Positions 52,017-64,000 of a stretch of 64,000 bases of DNA are shown piece by piece. The translations under genes were made by a program, and so were the position numbers. The stretch covers positions 4,278,001 through 4,342,000 of the forward strand of contig CP158635.1 in assembly GCA_050273025.1 (NCBI GenBank), in the 5' to 3' direction. The DNA comes from Cenococcum geophilum. Its lineage: Eukaryota. The notes beneath the pieces are model-generated. The model was not told the DNA's origin. It worked only from the letters and a program-made list of their open reading frames with translations, and did no database searches. The first letter of the stretch is position 1. The number at the start of each line of letters is the position of its first letter.

Positions 52017-55000
52017 ATATCGTCTACTCCTGCTCCTACTACCGCTGCCGTTCTTACTACTGCTGCCGCCCCTACTCCTACTCCTACTCCTACTCTAGCT
52101 CTACTACTACTACCACTATATTACTACCGCCGCCGCCACTACCACCATATCTGCGCCCAGCTGCCGCTTTTTATCTATACCTCTGCTATCTTAGGCCGAG
52201 TAGCCTATATATAGGACTTCAGTCCCAGCAGATAAGCGTACTAGTAAGTATTAGTACTATAAAAGAATTTAAGAATTTAAGAAGATACTAATATATAAAT
52301 AGCTGCTGTAGCTATAGCTGCCGCTAGGCCCCTCCCCACTCCTACTACTACCGCCGCCGCTACTACCGCCGCCCCCGTCGCTCTCCCCCCAGCTAGCTTT
52401 ACGGCCGTTAATTAGCCCGCCGCCCTCCCGCTCTAGAATCCCTTACCTATTATACTTACTACTGCTACTAAAGCCGCCGCCGCTAACACGGCTATAATAT
52501 AGGCGTTGTATCCCCTACCGCGTATTTAGGGCGTATCTTTATAGTAGGCTTTTAGCCTAGGTAGAGCTTCTAGGGTCTACTAGGGGGTCTGCTTAAAGGC
52601 TAGGGCCTTAAATACAAAGGCCGCCCTAGCGTAAAGCCGGGGTATAATAGCCTTATAGGCTTATACGTTATATATATAGGGCGGTAGCCCATTTATAGAG
52701 TTGTATGCTAGTTGCCGGCTAGCTACGCAGCAGCTATACTAACTGCTATTATAGTAGTAAAGGGGCACACTACTCCTTTTAAGTCTGTAAGTTAGTAATA
52801 TAAGCTATAAAAAGTATAACTAATAGAGATAATAGCGTCTACTACCGCCGCCCCCCCCCCCCCCCCACTATAGTCCGCTCCCGCTCCCGCTCCTACTCCT
52901 ACGCCTATATACCTTCTACTGCCACCACCGCTAATAATAATAATAAAAATAATAATAATAATAAGGAGGGGTGTTAGAATTAAGCGAGAGATACTAACTA
53001 AGCTCTGGACATATTGCGAGAATAAAGTCCGTATATAATCTATATAGACATTAACTACATCTACTATATCACGAATCAATTAATATTCATCATCTACGTT
53101 ATCTCTATTATTAATTAGACCCTTAAGATAGCTTCACTGTGACCCTATAACCTTATAATTCTAACAGGTTATAAGCCCAAGTAGTAATACCTCTCCTAAC
53201 TCAAAAATTAACCCCTAAAATAACCTCCTCTACCTTAACCTTAACGACACCTATATATAATTATAAGGCCGGTAAAATTGTTATTTTTAATAGAGATAAC
53301 TTTATAGACTAGGAGCGTACCTACAAGGCAGCCCTAATTATAGCAAAAGGATAGGATTTTGTTACTAGTATAGAGGACCTAGCTTAAGTTAATTCAGCTA
53401 ATAGGAGAAGGAGAAGGGGGGAAGCAAATAAGATTATCTATAATTTGATAGGAGACGACCGTTAGGAAGAGATGCGTGTGATAATAAAGGCGTATAATAT
53501 TTAGGGAATATAGGAAGGAATAAAGAAGTTTAATAAGGCTAATAATAAGGTTTATATCTTTAGACTTCGCAGGGAGTTCTATAGCACTATATTTAACCCT
53601 ATAAACATACAAATCATTAAGTTCCTTTATATACTAAATTAATTTAAGACCAATCTAGCCTTAATATCTTAAGCACTTACTAATAATAATATTAAAGAGC
53701 AACTCCTTCTAGCCCTACTAAGCAATATTATATAGTAAAATGCGAAGACCTAGTGTCTACAAGACAAACGAGACCTTAAGAGCTACATTACCCTTCTTTA
53801 GGAGTAAGAGACTACTCTCCCTATATAGACTACTACACTTATATATAAGAGGAAAGACGAACCTAGGGGAGAAGGGGAAACTGAGGTTAAGGTTAAATAA
53901 GGGGTAGAGGTTGTACTAGTAGATTTAATTATTCCTTATTACATTATAGCTTATCATCTTAAGTAACTAAAGAGCTAAGATAACTAGAAAGAGATGAGTG
54001 CAGAATATACTATCAGAAAGGTCACTACTAGAAAAACTATCCCCTGCTTAGATAATTCCAATTTAATAACGCTAGGAAGATAGATTAAGGTGCTCCTAAG
54101 GCAGAAGAAGTAGGGAATATAGTAATAGCTAAGGACAAATTTAATAGCAATTTAATTTACCTTAACCCTAACCCTAAATGTGCTATGCTTATAATAATAT
54201 CCCTAGCTTAGGTCCTTAACTTAGGTGCAACTAAGTACTTTACTAGTAACTAATCAGACCTAGTATACTTAAAGAGATGGAATATACCTTAAGAGATCCG
54301 TACTGCGAATGGAATTATTATCCCTGCTATAGGCTATAGCTAAGTTTAAATTGGTAGCCTAAGGCTAAAAGACGTCTGGCTTATACCTTTGTTTAAAACA
54401 ATTAAGCTAATCTTAATAAGGACTCTTACTTAAAAAGGCTACTTAATTACCTTTAATACAGACAATTAAGCTACTAGTTAGCATAAATTAGGGGCGACAT
54501 TTAAGGCTACTATAAAGAATAACCTTTACGTACTATAAGAGCCTTAGGAAGCATTTAATGCAATAGCGGAAGTATATAATTTATAATTAAACGTTAATAA
54601 AACGGATGCTAGACTATAGTATTGCCGAACTAGATATACAAACTACAGCGACCTATTTAAGCTATAGCACTCCTTACTAGGCATACAGCTTAGAAAGAGA
54701 GTAGTACTAGTTAGTAAGAGTATATGTAAAGCTTATCTAGCTAGGAAGATGCGAGAAATACTAAGCAAGAAGACGATTAAGCGTGAGAAGATACCTAGTT
54801 AAGGGCTATATCTTAATACTACGGGACAAATTAGTATATTAATTAGAGGCTATAACTACTACCTACTAGCCCTAGACAACGCCACACGCTATACCTAAGT
54901 TATTTCTCTTAAAACCCTATAAACTAAAGAAGTACTACCGCATATTAAAGAAACTATTATAAGGGTAGAGAGATTTACTAGGACTAAAGCTACATGGATT

Positions 55001-58000
55001 TGAGCGGATAATAGAAAGGGGGAGTTCAGCCACAGATTCTAAGATAAATTAATACCCTAAGGTATTAACTTTAAGCCTTGCCCGCCATATAAGCACTTAT
55101 ATAATAGTATAATTAAGCGCGCGATTTATACAGTTGACTATAAAATAAGGTTACTTTTATTTTAAGGAAATATACTAGTTAAACTCTAGTGCTATACAGT
55201 TAAATACGCTGTCTAGATTAAGAATCGAGTACTAACCTTAGCTCTTCCATTTAACGACAAGCATAGTAGTGCTATTATACCCTACGAGGCATATACCCAA
55301 CAAGTCCCTAACCTTAAAAATCTAGTTATCTTTAGGTGTTATGCTAACTCAATAAATACGCTTAAGAAACACCCTAGGAAGTATAACTCGCAGATAAGAC
55401 CTAACTACGTCTTTATAGGATTAAAAGGGAGTAGTTAATTTAAGATAATAAACCTGCATACCTAAGTAATTAAGCTATTTAAAGATACTAAAGTAAATAA
55501 GTATAGGTTCCCTTTTAGAGCACCTTAAGTATAAGCTACGAGATATAGTAATTAAGCAAAACGCTTAGATTAAGATTAAGCGGGATGCTTAAATTACGCT
55601 ATAAGCTAAGCCGCGAACTGACTTAGACCTCCCCCTACTACCTTAAACGGGCTAATAGAGACTCTAGTTATAAAAACTAAGAGTAGGCCAGATAGTAACT
55701 AAGTAGGCCGCTTAAGCTAAGTGGGAAGCCTAGGTTAAGACTAAATAGGCTACTTAAATTAAGTGGGAAGCCCAGGTTAAGATTAAGTGGGACGCTTAAA
55801 TCTATAAGGTAATACTTAAGGTAGGACGCCTATATAAAGCACATTAATACGCATTCCTTATATGCAGAGAATAAGGTCTAAAAGGTTACCAAATATAAGG
55901 GTTTTTAACGATACGGTAGTTTAGTTAGTAATAGCTATAAAAGCTATTTACCTAGAAGCTAAGAATACTACCTCCTTAGGAGCACCTATAGCACCATTTA
56001 ACGCTATTAAGCTAGATTAGGCCTTAAGGGAGGACGCTCCTAGCTAGATAAAAGCTATCTTTAAAGAATTTCTCTTTCTTAAGAGAATGCACACCTATAC
56101 TATTATAAGGGGGACAGTACTAGAAGGAAGGTTATTACTCCTAAGTAAGCTAGTTTTAAAGCACAAGTATAACGCTAAGGGAGAAGTAATTCGCAAGAAG
56201 GCAAGACTGTGCATTTGGGGAGATAAGTAGACCCCTAATATTAACTATTTTAAGACATTTGCGTCTGTTATACAATATAACACCTTCAGGTTCTTAATAG
56301 CAAAGGTAGCAGCTAAAGACCTTAAGCTTAACCATATTGACGTTAAAACTGCATTCTTAAACCCGCTATTATAAAAATAGATATATATATAGATTCCTAA
56401 CCTATTAAGAGACTTTAAACCTAACCTTAAGGGGGTAAAAGATGTCTACTTAAAGCTAAATAAGTTACTTTACGGCCTAAAGTAGGCACCAAGAGAATGG
56501 TTTTAAATAGTTAAGAAGTTCTTTAAGAGTATAGGTTTAGAAGTAGCTAATGCTGACCCTAATCTCTTTATAGGAAATGAAGTATATATCTTACTATTTG
56601 TTAACAATATACTAATTGTAGGAAAGCGCTAAGACCTTAATATTACAAAGATAAGAATTTTAAAAGAATGGAGATGTAAAGACCTAGGCCCTATAGAGGT
56701 ATTTATAGGCTTCCAAATTAATTAAGATTATATAAATTAAACCCTTAAACTATATTAGACGATATATACTAAGAAGCTACTTAAATAGCTAAAAATAGAC
56801 AACTGTAATCTGGTTAAGCTACTAATACTAATAGGTACTGTTCTAAAGCCTAATATTAAAAGTCCCCTTAAGTATAACAATGCGACAGTATGCTAATAGA
56901 TTATTAGCTCTATAATCTACCTGTTAAACTATATACGTCTTAATATTAGCTATACTATTAGTTAGTTAGCTAGATTTATAGCAGCACTAGGAGAATTGTA
57001 TTACCGCTTAAGTAAGCAGCTACTATAATATCTAAACGGCACTCTCAAAATTAGAATTACCTACTTAAATTAAAAGATCTACCTCCCCTTATATAAGCTT
57101 ACGTTAACTAACTTACCTATTAGCTATAGTATCTTTACTAACGCTATTTAGGGAACAGAACACAATTAGATATTATTCTAAGGTATAGCAGTTATATGCT
57201 ATAGGGGAGCTGTAATCTAGATGGCTTAAAGGCAGAAGTTAATAGTATTGAGCTTAATAGAAGTAGAGATCATAGCAGCGTTAGAAGGAGTAAGGTTAGC
57301 AGTATAGCTTAAAAAGCTAACGAGAGATCTAGGGGAGAGAGATAACGACAACCCTTTTATCCCTATACTCTACTGTAATAATAATGGTATAGTTAACCTT
57401 TTGTACGATATAAAGCACCACTAGAAAGCTAAGCATATTAAGACTTAATACCTCTTCGTACGAAACGATATGGTTTAGCAAGATTGACTTAAAGTGGTAT
57501 ATATACTAGGTAAAGATTAACCTAGAGATATGCTTATAAAACAGCTACTAATTAACCAATTTATGAAGTATTGTGTAATGCTAGGAATCGGTAACTAACG
57601 GAGCAAGTGATAGAGGTTTTTTGCCTACTATAGGCTTTCCCTCCGTATGTAGGCCAAATGGCGCTTGCAAGGTATTTGGGAATAGCTTTATAATTGCCTA
57701 TTTAGGAAACAGACAAGCAGACAAGAAGAGCGTCGTCAGCATAGGGGAGTGTCAGAATTAAGCGAGAGATGCTGACTAGGCTCTGGACATATTGCGAGGA
57801 CGAAGTCCGCATGCAATCTATATAGACATTAACCGCATCTACTGCATCACGAATTAATTAATATTCATCGTCTGCGTCATCTCTATTATTAATTAAACCC
57901 TCAAGATAGCTCCGCTATAACCCCATGACCTTGTAATTCCAACAAGGGGGAGAAGTTAGAGGAGTTAGAGGGAGCCTTGCCTACCTATATTTATTTCTAT

Positions 58001-58090
58001 TTTAGGCGGCGCGGGCGGATTATAGGGCTACTCCGCCGTTTGGCGGCGGTTCTTAAGGAGGAGTTATTAGAGGATAAGGATAAGGAGTAG
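52017..58090 (+). pseudogene. DUF3716-like Cys-rich gene convergent with RepHel; RIP-damaged and split by Copia-C
   Basis: De-RIP NAEAALAQSRG.....ACTSC.QGGGPF..CVLVAGQLRGSCANCHY..EGARCSF at 52611-52779 (one +1 frameshift). Introns 52244-52302 and 52787-52835 (GTAAGT...ACTAAT...TAG). Acidic tail resumes after the Copia-C TSD and ends at TAG 58088-58090. Start codon uncertain. Confidence 0.75.
52972..57944 (+). mobile_element. Copia-C: classical Ty1/Copia retrotransposon, RIP-decayed
   Basis: 195-bp LTRs at 52972-53166 and 57750-57944, TSD AGGGG, GGTTAT(G>A)AGCCC right after the 5' LTR, purine tract before the 3' LTR. Motifs DSGA (~54218), RADNGKGEF (~55002), FVDD (~56597), KHIETRY (~57431). 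Confidence 0.95.
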
Positions 58091-58125
58091 GGGGGGGGGT
58101 TTACTAGGCCCTATGGGGTAGTTAT

Positions 58126-58291
58126 TGTCGGGAATGAGGCAAGCGGTCGTCACGTGACGCCGCGGCACTAGCGTGGCGAGGAGTCTTAGGCTCCTCGCCC
58201 TTCCTCATTCCAATCAACAAGCTTTATTAACCAACATCACTGTAACCTACTCGAGTAGTCGTTATTAGTGAGTTACCCTATGTAACCAACA
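58126..58291 (+). mobile_element. Solo LTR of the Copia-A family
   Basis: 166 bp, near-identical to 1515-1680 but less RIPed; TSD GTTAT. Confidence 0.95.
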
Positions 58292-58360
58292 GTTATAAAA
58301 GTTTTACTAGCCCTATAGGGCAGTTATAGAAGTAGTTATATAATAAAATAATATACTTTA

Positions 58361-61300
58361 TTACGAAAGTAAAACTTCTAAATAGATAATATTGTCTATC
58401 TCTATTTAATTTAGGGGAAGCAGTACCAAAATACTATTTATAGTAGTAACCTAAAATAGGGCAATATAGAGCTAGCCATAGGTAAAAACTAATATCTATA
58501 AATTAACGCCTATAAAGTTAAAGGACTAACCCTATAACTTATTTACAATTATAGCAAAGTATAACTAGATTAAAAACTGCCTTCTACTAATAATAAACGG
58601 CAGTTCTCCCTCCGTAAAGGTAAACTTAATATAAGGGATTAGCCGTAACTGCCTATAAAAGCTACTGCTAAGCATCTAAGCTTTAATATAGCGGCGGCCT
58701 AGGCGCGTAATAACTATATAGGTGCCGTTATACAGCCCTTCCTTAGGGTAGAGGTTCCGTAAAAGGATTATAGGCGCCCCTACCTTTAGGGAAAGCTTTA
58801 ATAGAGGTAGGCTACTAGGGTTAAATATTTATAAAAGCTCTACTAGCGGCAGTTCTATATAATTTTCTTCTTTATTTTGCTTTATAGAGTCTATAAAATA
58901 AAAGGTGCTTAGGGAGCTATAGAGCCGCATAAGGATAGCCTCGTTAATCTTAGCCATAGTATTATTATAAATAGTTAGGGTAACGTGATTGCGAAAGGTA
59001 TTAGAAGTAGTATATACTTAAGTAAGTAGTTGCGAAGGGTATATATAGCCGTAAAAGGGTTCCTAGGACTAGAATATAGCTATACTAGGTAGGATACTAA
59101 TTTTACTAGCTAGAGTTATATTATAGGACAAGCCTTATACCTAAGCTGTAAACCGCTAATTTATCTCGCCCTAGTAGATACGTATATTTAACCATAAGGA
59201 TAGTATATAGAAGGTAGGCTAAAGGAATAACCGCTATAGGTAAGTACCTATAATAGCTGCGCGGTTCCCCTATAAGACGACAGGTAGTATCTAAGTAAAG
59301 TTACCACCTAAGATAGTAGGGAGTCCGCTAAATGTAGAGTCGTTAGAATGGATATCTGTAAGTATACAGTGCACGGCTTTAAAGTAGTAGTAGTGCTGCA
59401 TTAGCACCTTATCTTAGATAAATAAAGAGGTACGGCGTAAAAGCTTAGCGAGATTTAACCTTTTAGAGATATTATAAGTAGACTCTTTATATAGATCAAT
59501 AGGTATCTAAAAATAGGAGTAGGTAGTACGGTCGCTGGGTAATAGGAGGGCTGTAATACTAGAAGAAGCTACGTAAAGAATAATTTTACTATATTAGCGG
59601 TAGTAGTGGCAAAGGTAGTAATAGAGAAACATTTTATTAGTGCCTATAAGGCCCTAGAAAAAGAAGCGGGCCGTTTATAGATCCGTATTTATAGCAGTAA
59701 TAATAGTATTAAAGTAGGCTGCCTAATCTGTATTTAGCTACTAGCGTAGCTTAGTAAACTAGCGTTCTTCCTCCATACAGTTATATTATAGTAGCTCCGC
59801 TATAAAAAGTAGGTTACTTCCTTTCGTAATAACGCCCTACTAGTGCTAAAACTAGGGCAGGCTATAGTCTAAAGTATCTTTTATTAATCCGCAAGTATCT
59901 AATAGATAAGGTATAGGCCGTAATTAAAATAGGCGTTATTATCCTTAGCAACTATAAGAGGAGTATTAGGTTAGCGGGCTAGAAAGTAAGGAAGATTATT
60001 ATAAATAGACTATTTAAAGCGGTCCTATAAAGTAACTAGCTCTATAATAGGGCTATAAAGTAAAGCGGTTATAAATAAGGAGCGTGACTAGGCGCTAATA
60101 GCAAAACCGGCGGCCTCTATTAAGTAATTAATCTACTTATAGTTATCCTCTAGTAGCCCTAGGGCTATATAGGCGGCCTAAAAGGTTAGATAGACTATAC
60201 TAGTAATAGTACGGAGATTTTTAAAGGAGGTAGGGCCGGAAACAGACATTAGCAGTAGCTATAAGTAGAACCTCTTACCTATAATAGGGCTGTAGTAATA
60301 TATACGGCCTATTACGGTACCTTACTAGCAAGAATGCTACTCCCGCTACTTTACATAAAAGATATACCGCTTAGGGAAGTCTTAATATAGGTAGTTACAG
60401 CTACTATTATATTCCGCGTTATACTTAAAGAAGGCCATTAAGGTAGAGTAGAAAAGCTTAAGACGCTGCTAGATTTCCTCTATAGACTAGTTCGGCTAAA
60501 AGTATATAGGCTGCTTACGTAAAAGGTACACCGCCAGCTAGATTATAGGGGGAAACTCCTTATAAACGGGAAACTTAAATAGCCGCTAAATGGCCTTAGA
60601 GGGGCTAATATAACGGCCTTATAAATACTAGCTTACCTTATTACCGTCTATAAGCCATAAAGTAGTATAGTCGCTCCCTTTATATATATACTTATAAATA
60701 TACTTAATGGACCGCATAAAGGTGTAGACCTTAATATTTATATAGGCATAATACTTTATAGTTAGATATAGGTAGTACGGAATAATCTAGCGGTTATCTA
60801 TTTTAAATATAGCTCCCCTTAGTAAGCGGATAGACCATAACCGTAGATTATTATAACAGTGGTATTTTAGATAGCCGTCCTTATATATAATAGTAGTAAG
60901 GTTAAAAGGCTTAGGGTACCGCTTTAAGTAGGTTAGTAAAAGGCCTAGCCCTAGCGTAACTATATAGGGAGCTCACAGATTTTATGAGCCGTAAGGGCCA
61001 TAAACTATTATAAACTTTATAATCTTAGTAAGATAGCTAATATGATTATCCTCTAGCTATAAAAGCTCCGTGGATATAAAACGGTTAATAATAGCTAGGT
61101 TTAGCAGTTTATCGCGGTTATATAGATATAGGAAGAGCAGTAGGTATAAATATGGCAGGCCCTGTTTCTAGGACTTAATAGTTTAGACAAAGTGTTACGG
61201 AGTAAGTATAAGCGGCGATAATATATAGCAAGGTAGATATTATTAAGCTATATATATGAACTGTATAAGAATTTAAGACGTTACGTAAGGAAAGAAGGTA

Positions 61301-62794
61301 GGAAAATAGGAAGAAAGGGCATATATTGTTAACTTAGTTGCTTAATTATTACGCGCATAGGGTAGAATAGGGTTCAGGTCGTAGTCCTGGTAGAACTTAG
61401 CAGAATTCGGTGGAACTTAGCAGAATATAGCAGAATGCCGTAGATTGCCGTTAGATTGCCATTAGATTGCCATCAGATTGCCATTTTACGGTTGGTCTCT
61501 AATTGCTGAGTCGGTGGAAACAGGTAGACGTGTGCAAGGTGTTATGGGGGTGTCCCATAACACAGAGCCGCAGTACTAGCTAAAGATCTACTTCCGTTTT
61601 GGGTCGTAAAAGAGGTAGATAAGCTTTATATAAAAGATACGCACAACTAGATCGGGCCTATCTGTAGTAGTTTAGCCAGGTAGTAGCTCGCGGGTAATTT
61701 TATCCCACTTAGGGTTAGTAGTAAACGTAAGAAATATACTTAGACGGCCGTATTTATAGATAATAGCTATTAAATCCTAATAGCACTACCTAATAAAGTA
61801 ATCTCCGCTAAGGAAACTGGATAGAAGGACTATATAGCGGCCTAATAATTTAGGGTCTAGATTGGCGCGGGTAAAAGTATCTATAATGCCGTTATATAGC
61901 TCTATATAGAGGTTAGTTTAATAAAAGCGGATCTAGTTAAGCTTATTCTAATTATATAGCGCCTATATATCTATAATATACTACTAAAATAGCTAATAGT
62001 AGGTAAAAGGGACTAACTTAGAGTTACTATAGATATGTATGTAGAACCGAAAGTATACCTATTAGGTTAAACGGTCTCGCTAGCGGGCTTAATTGAAGTC
62101 GCGTAGCTAAAGACCCTAGTGCTAGCCAGTATTACCGCAAGGGAAGAGTAGTATATAGTAGAGCGGTATATATACGGCATGCGTTAAGTTAATACGGCAG
62201 TACTGCGGCTGCTTATTAGGCGCATAACGCTCTATAAGCATAATATTACGGAAGCTAGCATTACTATACTTATCTAGTATAATAACGGCCACCTTATTAC
62301 TTATTAGGAGGTTCTTATAGCAGCGATTAGCACTAGCCTTTAAGATAAGCCGTATTTATAGATTTAAGATAATCTATAACGGGGCCGTTACGGGCTAAGC
62401 CTAAAGCCATTCCCTTGCGGTTTAATAAAGAGCGATAAAAGGGTTCTATATCTTAGATAGTATAGCAGTAAGGTACTATAAAATAGTTGTATTTAGCTAG
62501 GTATTAAAATAGGCCTATAGCCGGATATTTATAATATAACTAGGATTATAAAAGTATAGCTAGGCATATCGTAGAGTAGTATCGGTAGGAGGCTCTAGCG
62601 GGCCCTATAGATAGTAAAGCTTACTATATATCTAGAAGCAATTTGGGCCGCCATAGGCTATACTATAGTTAGTAATGGTATAGTTTACGGACGTAAAAGC
62701 TAATGCTATATTATATGCGCGGAGCTACTTTTTAAACTACCTAGTAGAAGTACTATAGGACTCTAAAAGATCGCGTAGATATTCTAGTAGAGGC
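58361..62794 (-). pseudogene. Helitron RepHel (HUH Rep plus PIF1-family helicase), RIP-decayed
   Basis: Minus-strand de-RIP motifs: RAYN.ALAFTS (~62700), FLTFTANPKW (~61720), RPDLV (~61650), QKxGLPHLHLLLF (~61150), QGxxGTxKxF Walker A (~59645), DEV.MQH..FEAV (~59400), GGDFAQ.LPVV (~59295), FAITVNKSQGQS and HGQLYIALSRV (~58450-58560). Stop at 58361-58363. Confidence 0.9.
61193..61562 (-). mobile_element. Solo LTR of the Gypsy-B family inside the Helitron Rep domain
   Basis: 370 bp colinear with 2750-3119; TSD CAAAG/CAGAG (G>A variant). Confidence 0.93.
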
Positions 62795-63008
62795 TAGGCA
62801 TCAGGATTTTTTTTTTTGGGCGCGTTGTTGCAGATTGCGGCAATTTGCTGCAAACTGTGCGATTTGCGTGGTCGTATATGGTCGTTAGCGATTCGCGCAA
62901 ACCGCGCGTTTCGCAACAAATTTACAGCTTCTGCTAGTAAATTGCAGCAAAACGCTCAACCACCAAACCAATGCCAGCAAAACGCTACCCTATAAATAAA
63001 TAGCTCGC

Positions 63009-63150
63009 AAACTGTACAAATTATAAAAACTATACGAATTATAAAAACCGTACGAATTGTAAAAACCGTATAAATTGTAAAAACTGTATAAATTGTAAAA
63101 ACTGTACAAATTGTAACTATATAAATTGTAACTATAAATTATAATTATAT
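63009..63150. repeat. 19-bp AT-rich tandem array (AAACTGTACAAATTGTAAA-like)
   Basis: About 6 visible units decaying to the right. Confidence 0.85.
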
Positions 63151-63290
63151 TACATAATAACCAAATTATTACATATTCCCATAGATTTCTATAATATACT
63201 TTTAAATATATTTATATTATAACTATATAAAATGTAGAGCTATCTACTTTGGGCGTCAAGGGGGAAGCCTCTCGCAGAGGCTCCAAATTA

Positions 63291-63495
63291 TCTACCTACC
63301 TACCTGCCTGCCTGCCTGCCTGCCTGCCTACCTACCTGCCTGCCTACCTACCTGCCTGCCTACCTACCTGCCTACCTGCCTGCCTACCTGCCTGCCTACT
63401 TGCCTACCTGTCTGTCTGTCTGTCTGTCCGTCTGTCTATACCTACCCGTTTATGCCTACCTATCTGTGCCTACCTGTCTGTGCCTACCTGTCTAT
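63291..63495. repeat. Compound tetranucleotide microsatellite (CCTA/CCTG/TCTG)n
   Basis: Directly visible. Confidence 0.95.
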
Positions 63496-63569
63496 GTTAC
63501 CTTGATTCGATCGATCGATTGAATCGTTTATCGTGTTTGCTGGCTGGTCGTTTGAACGGTTGTTGTGTG

Positions 63570-63960
63570 GCTCTGGCGACGGTCGTGTGGCGATGACGAC
63601 GGTCGTCTGGCTCTGACGGTTGTCTAGCTCTGGTGACGGTTATCTGGCTCCGGCGACGGCCGTCTAGCTCTGACGACGGTCGTCCAGCTCTGACGACGGT
63701 CGTCCAGCTCTGGCGACGGTCATCTGGCTCCGGCGACGGTCGTCTAGCTCTAACGATGGTCATCTGGCTCCGGCGACGGTCGTCTAGCTCTGACGACGGT
63801 CGTCTGGCTCTGACGGTCGTCTAGCTCTGGCGACGGTTATCTGGCTCCGGCGACGGTCGTCTAGCTCCGGCGACGGTCGTCTAGCTCTGACGACGGTCGT
63901 CTGGCTCTGACGGTTGTCTAGCTCTGGCGACGGTCGTCTGGCTCCGGCGACGGTTGTCTG
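63570..63960. repeat. 21-bp GC-rich minisatellite (GCTCYGRCGACGGTCGTCTRG-like) with interspersed 18-bp variants
   Basis: About 19 contiguous units with no unique spacers. Confidence 0.95.
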
Positions 63961-64000
63961 CTGGCTATCGTTCTGGTGTCTTCCTAGGTAGGGAGAATGT

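Larger units (their letters stand above)
51650..62794 (-). mobile_element. Helitron (rolling-circle transposon) with nested Copia-C and two solo LTRs; 5' part interrupted at ~62795
   Basis: RepHel remnant at 58361-62794. Sequence is continuous across the TSDs down to an inverted-repeat structure at 51652-51741, where the Tc1 frame stops. Left boundary is inferred. Confidence 0.7.
62795..64000. mobile_element. Start of an unclassified, weakly RIPed, repeat-rich element that interrupts the Helitron
   Basis: RepHel coding similarity stops abruptly at ~62794. The new sequence starts TAGGCATCAGG, has repeated TTGCNGCAA-like motifs, then three tandem arrays. The other end is outside the window. 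Confidence 0.45.

Noticed and set aside
7152..53612. Short ORFs at 7152, 17176, 24543, 45561, 52792 and 53394
   Set aside because: Ile/Tyr/Leu-rich chance frames in RIPed TE sequence.
58361..62794. Telomere-linked RecQ helicase
   Set aside because: Motifs are HUH Rep plus PIF1-type helicase (Helitron), and there are no TTAGGG arrays.
63249..63596. 115-aa ORF (PACL repeats)
   Set aside because: Translation of a tetranucleotide microsatellite.
63570..63960. CRISPR-like array or coding ORFs (63497-63763, 63633-63824)
   Set aside because: Contiguous minisatellite with no unique spacers in eukaryotic DNA; the ORFs arise from the 21-bp period.
1..64000. Starship or other tyrosine-recombinase giant element
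   Set aside because: No captain-like recombinase motifs or cargo cluster recognised in this window; cannot be excluded beyond its edges.

Overview
Genomic DNA from a filamentous ascomycete (Pezizomycotina; GT-AG introns with CTAAY/CTGAC branch sites). Roughly 90% of the window is a nest of transposable elements decayed by repeat-induced point mutation (RIP; C>T/G>A, TpA-rich). Two intact host islands remain: a stand-alone RNase H gene (671-1153) and a 6-exon RAD4/XPC gene (46573-50002) followed by a small pseudogene. From LTR pairs, TIRs and target-site duplications (TSDs) I reconstruct: a pogo/Fot1-type element apparently expanded to ~40 kb (1351-41748), holding two GalEa-type Copia elements, two copies of one chromoviral Gypsy family, a second Gypsy, a non-autonomous chimeric-LTR element and a 148-bp MITE; a Fot1-like element just upstream of RAD4; a Tc1 fragment; a Helitron with a nested Copia and two solo LTRs; and the start of an unclassified repeat-rich element. 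Main hunt result: after reversing RIP by eye, two unrelated TE classes (the Gypsy-A retrotransposon, both copies, and the Helitron) each carry an intron-containing accessory gene on the strand opposite their transposition genes, encoding a six-cysteine zinc-cluster-like domain (Zn2Cys6-like spacing and DUF3716-like). The ORF track does not capture either domain. All protein motifs inside TEs are de-RIP inferences made without tools.
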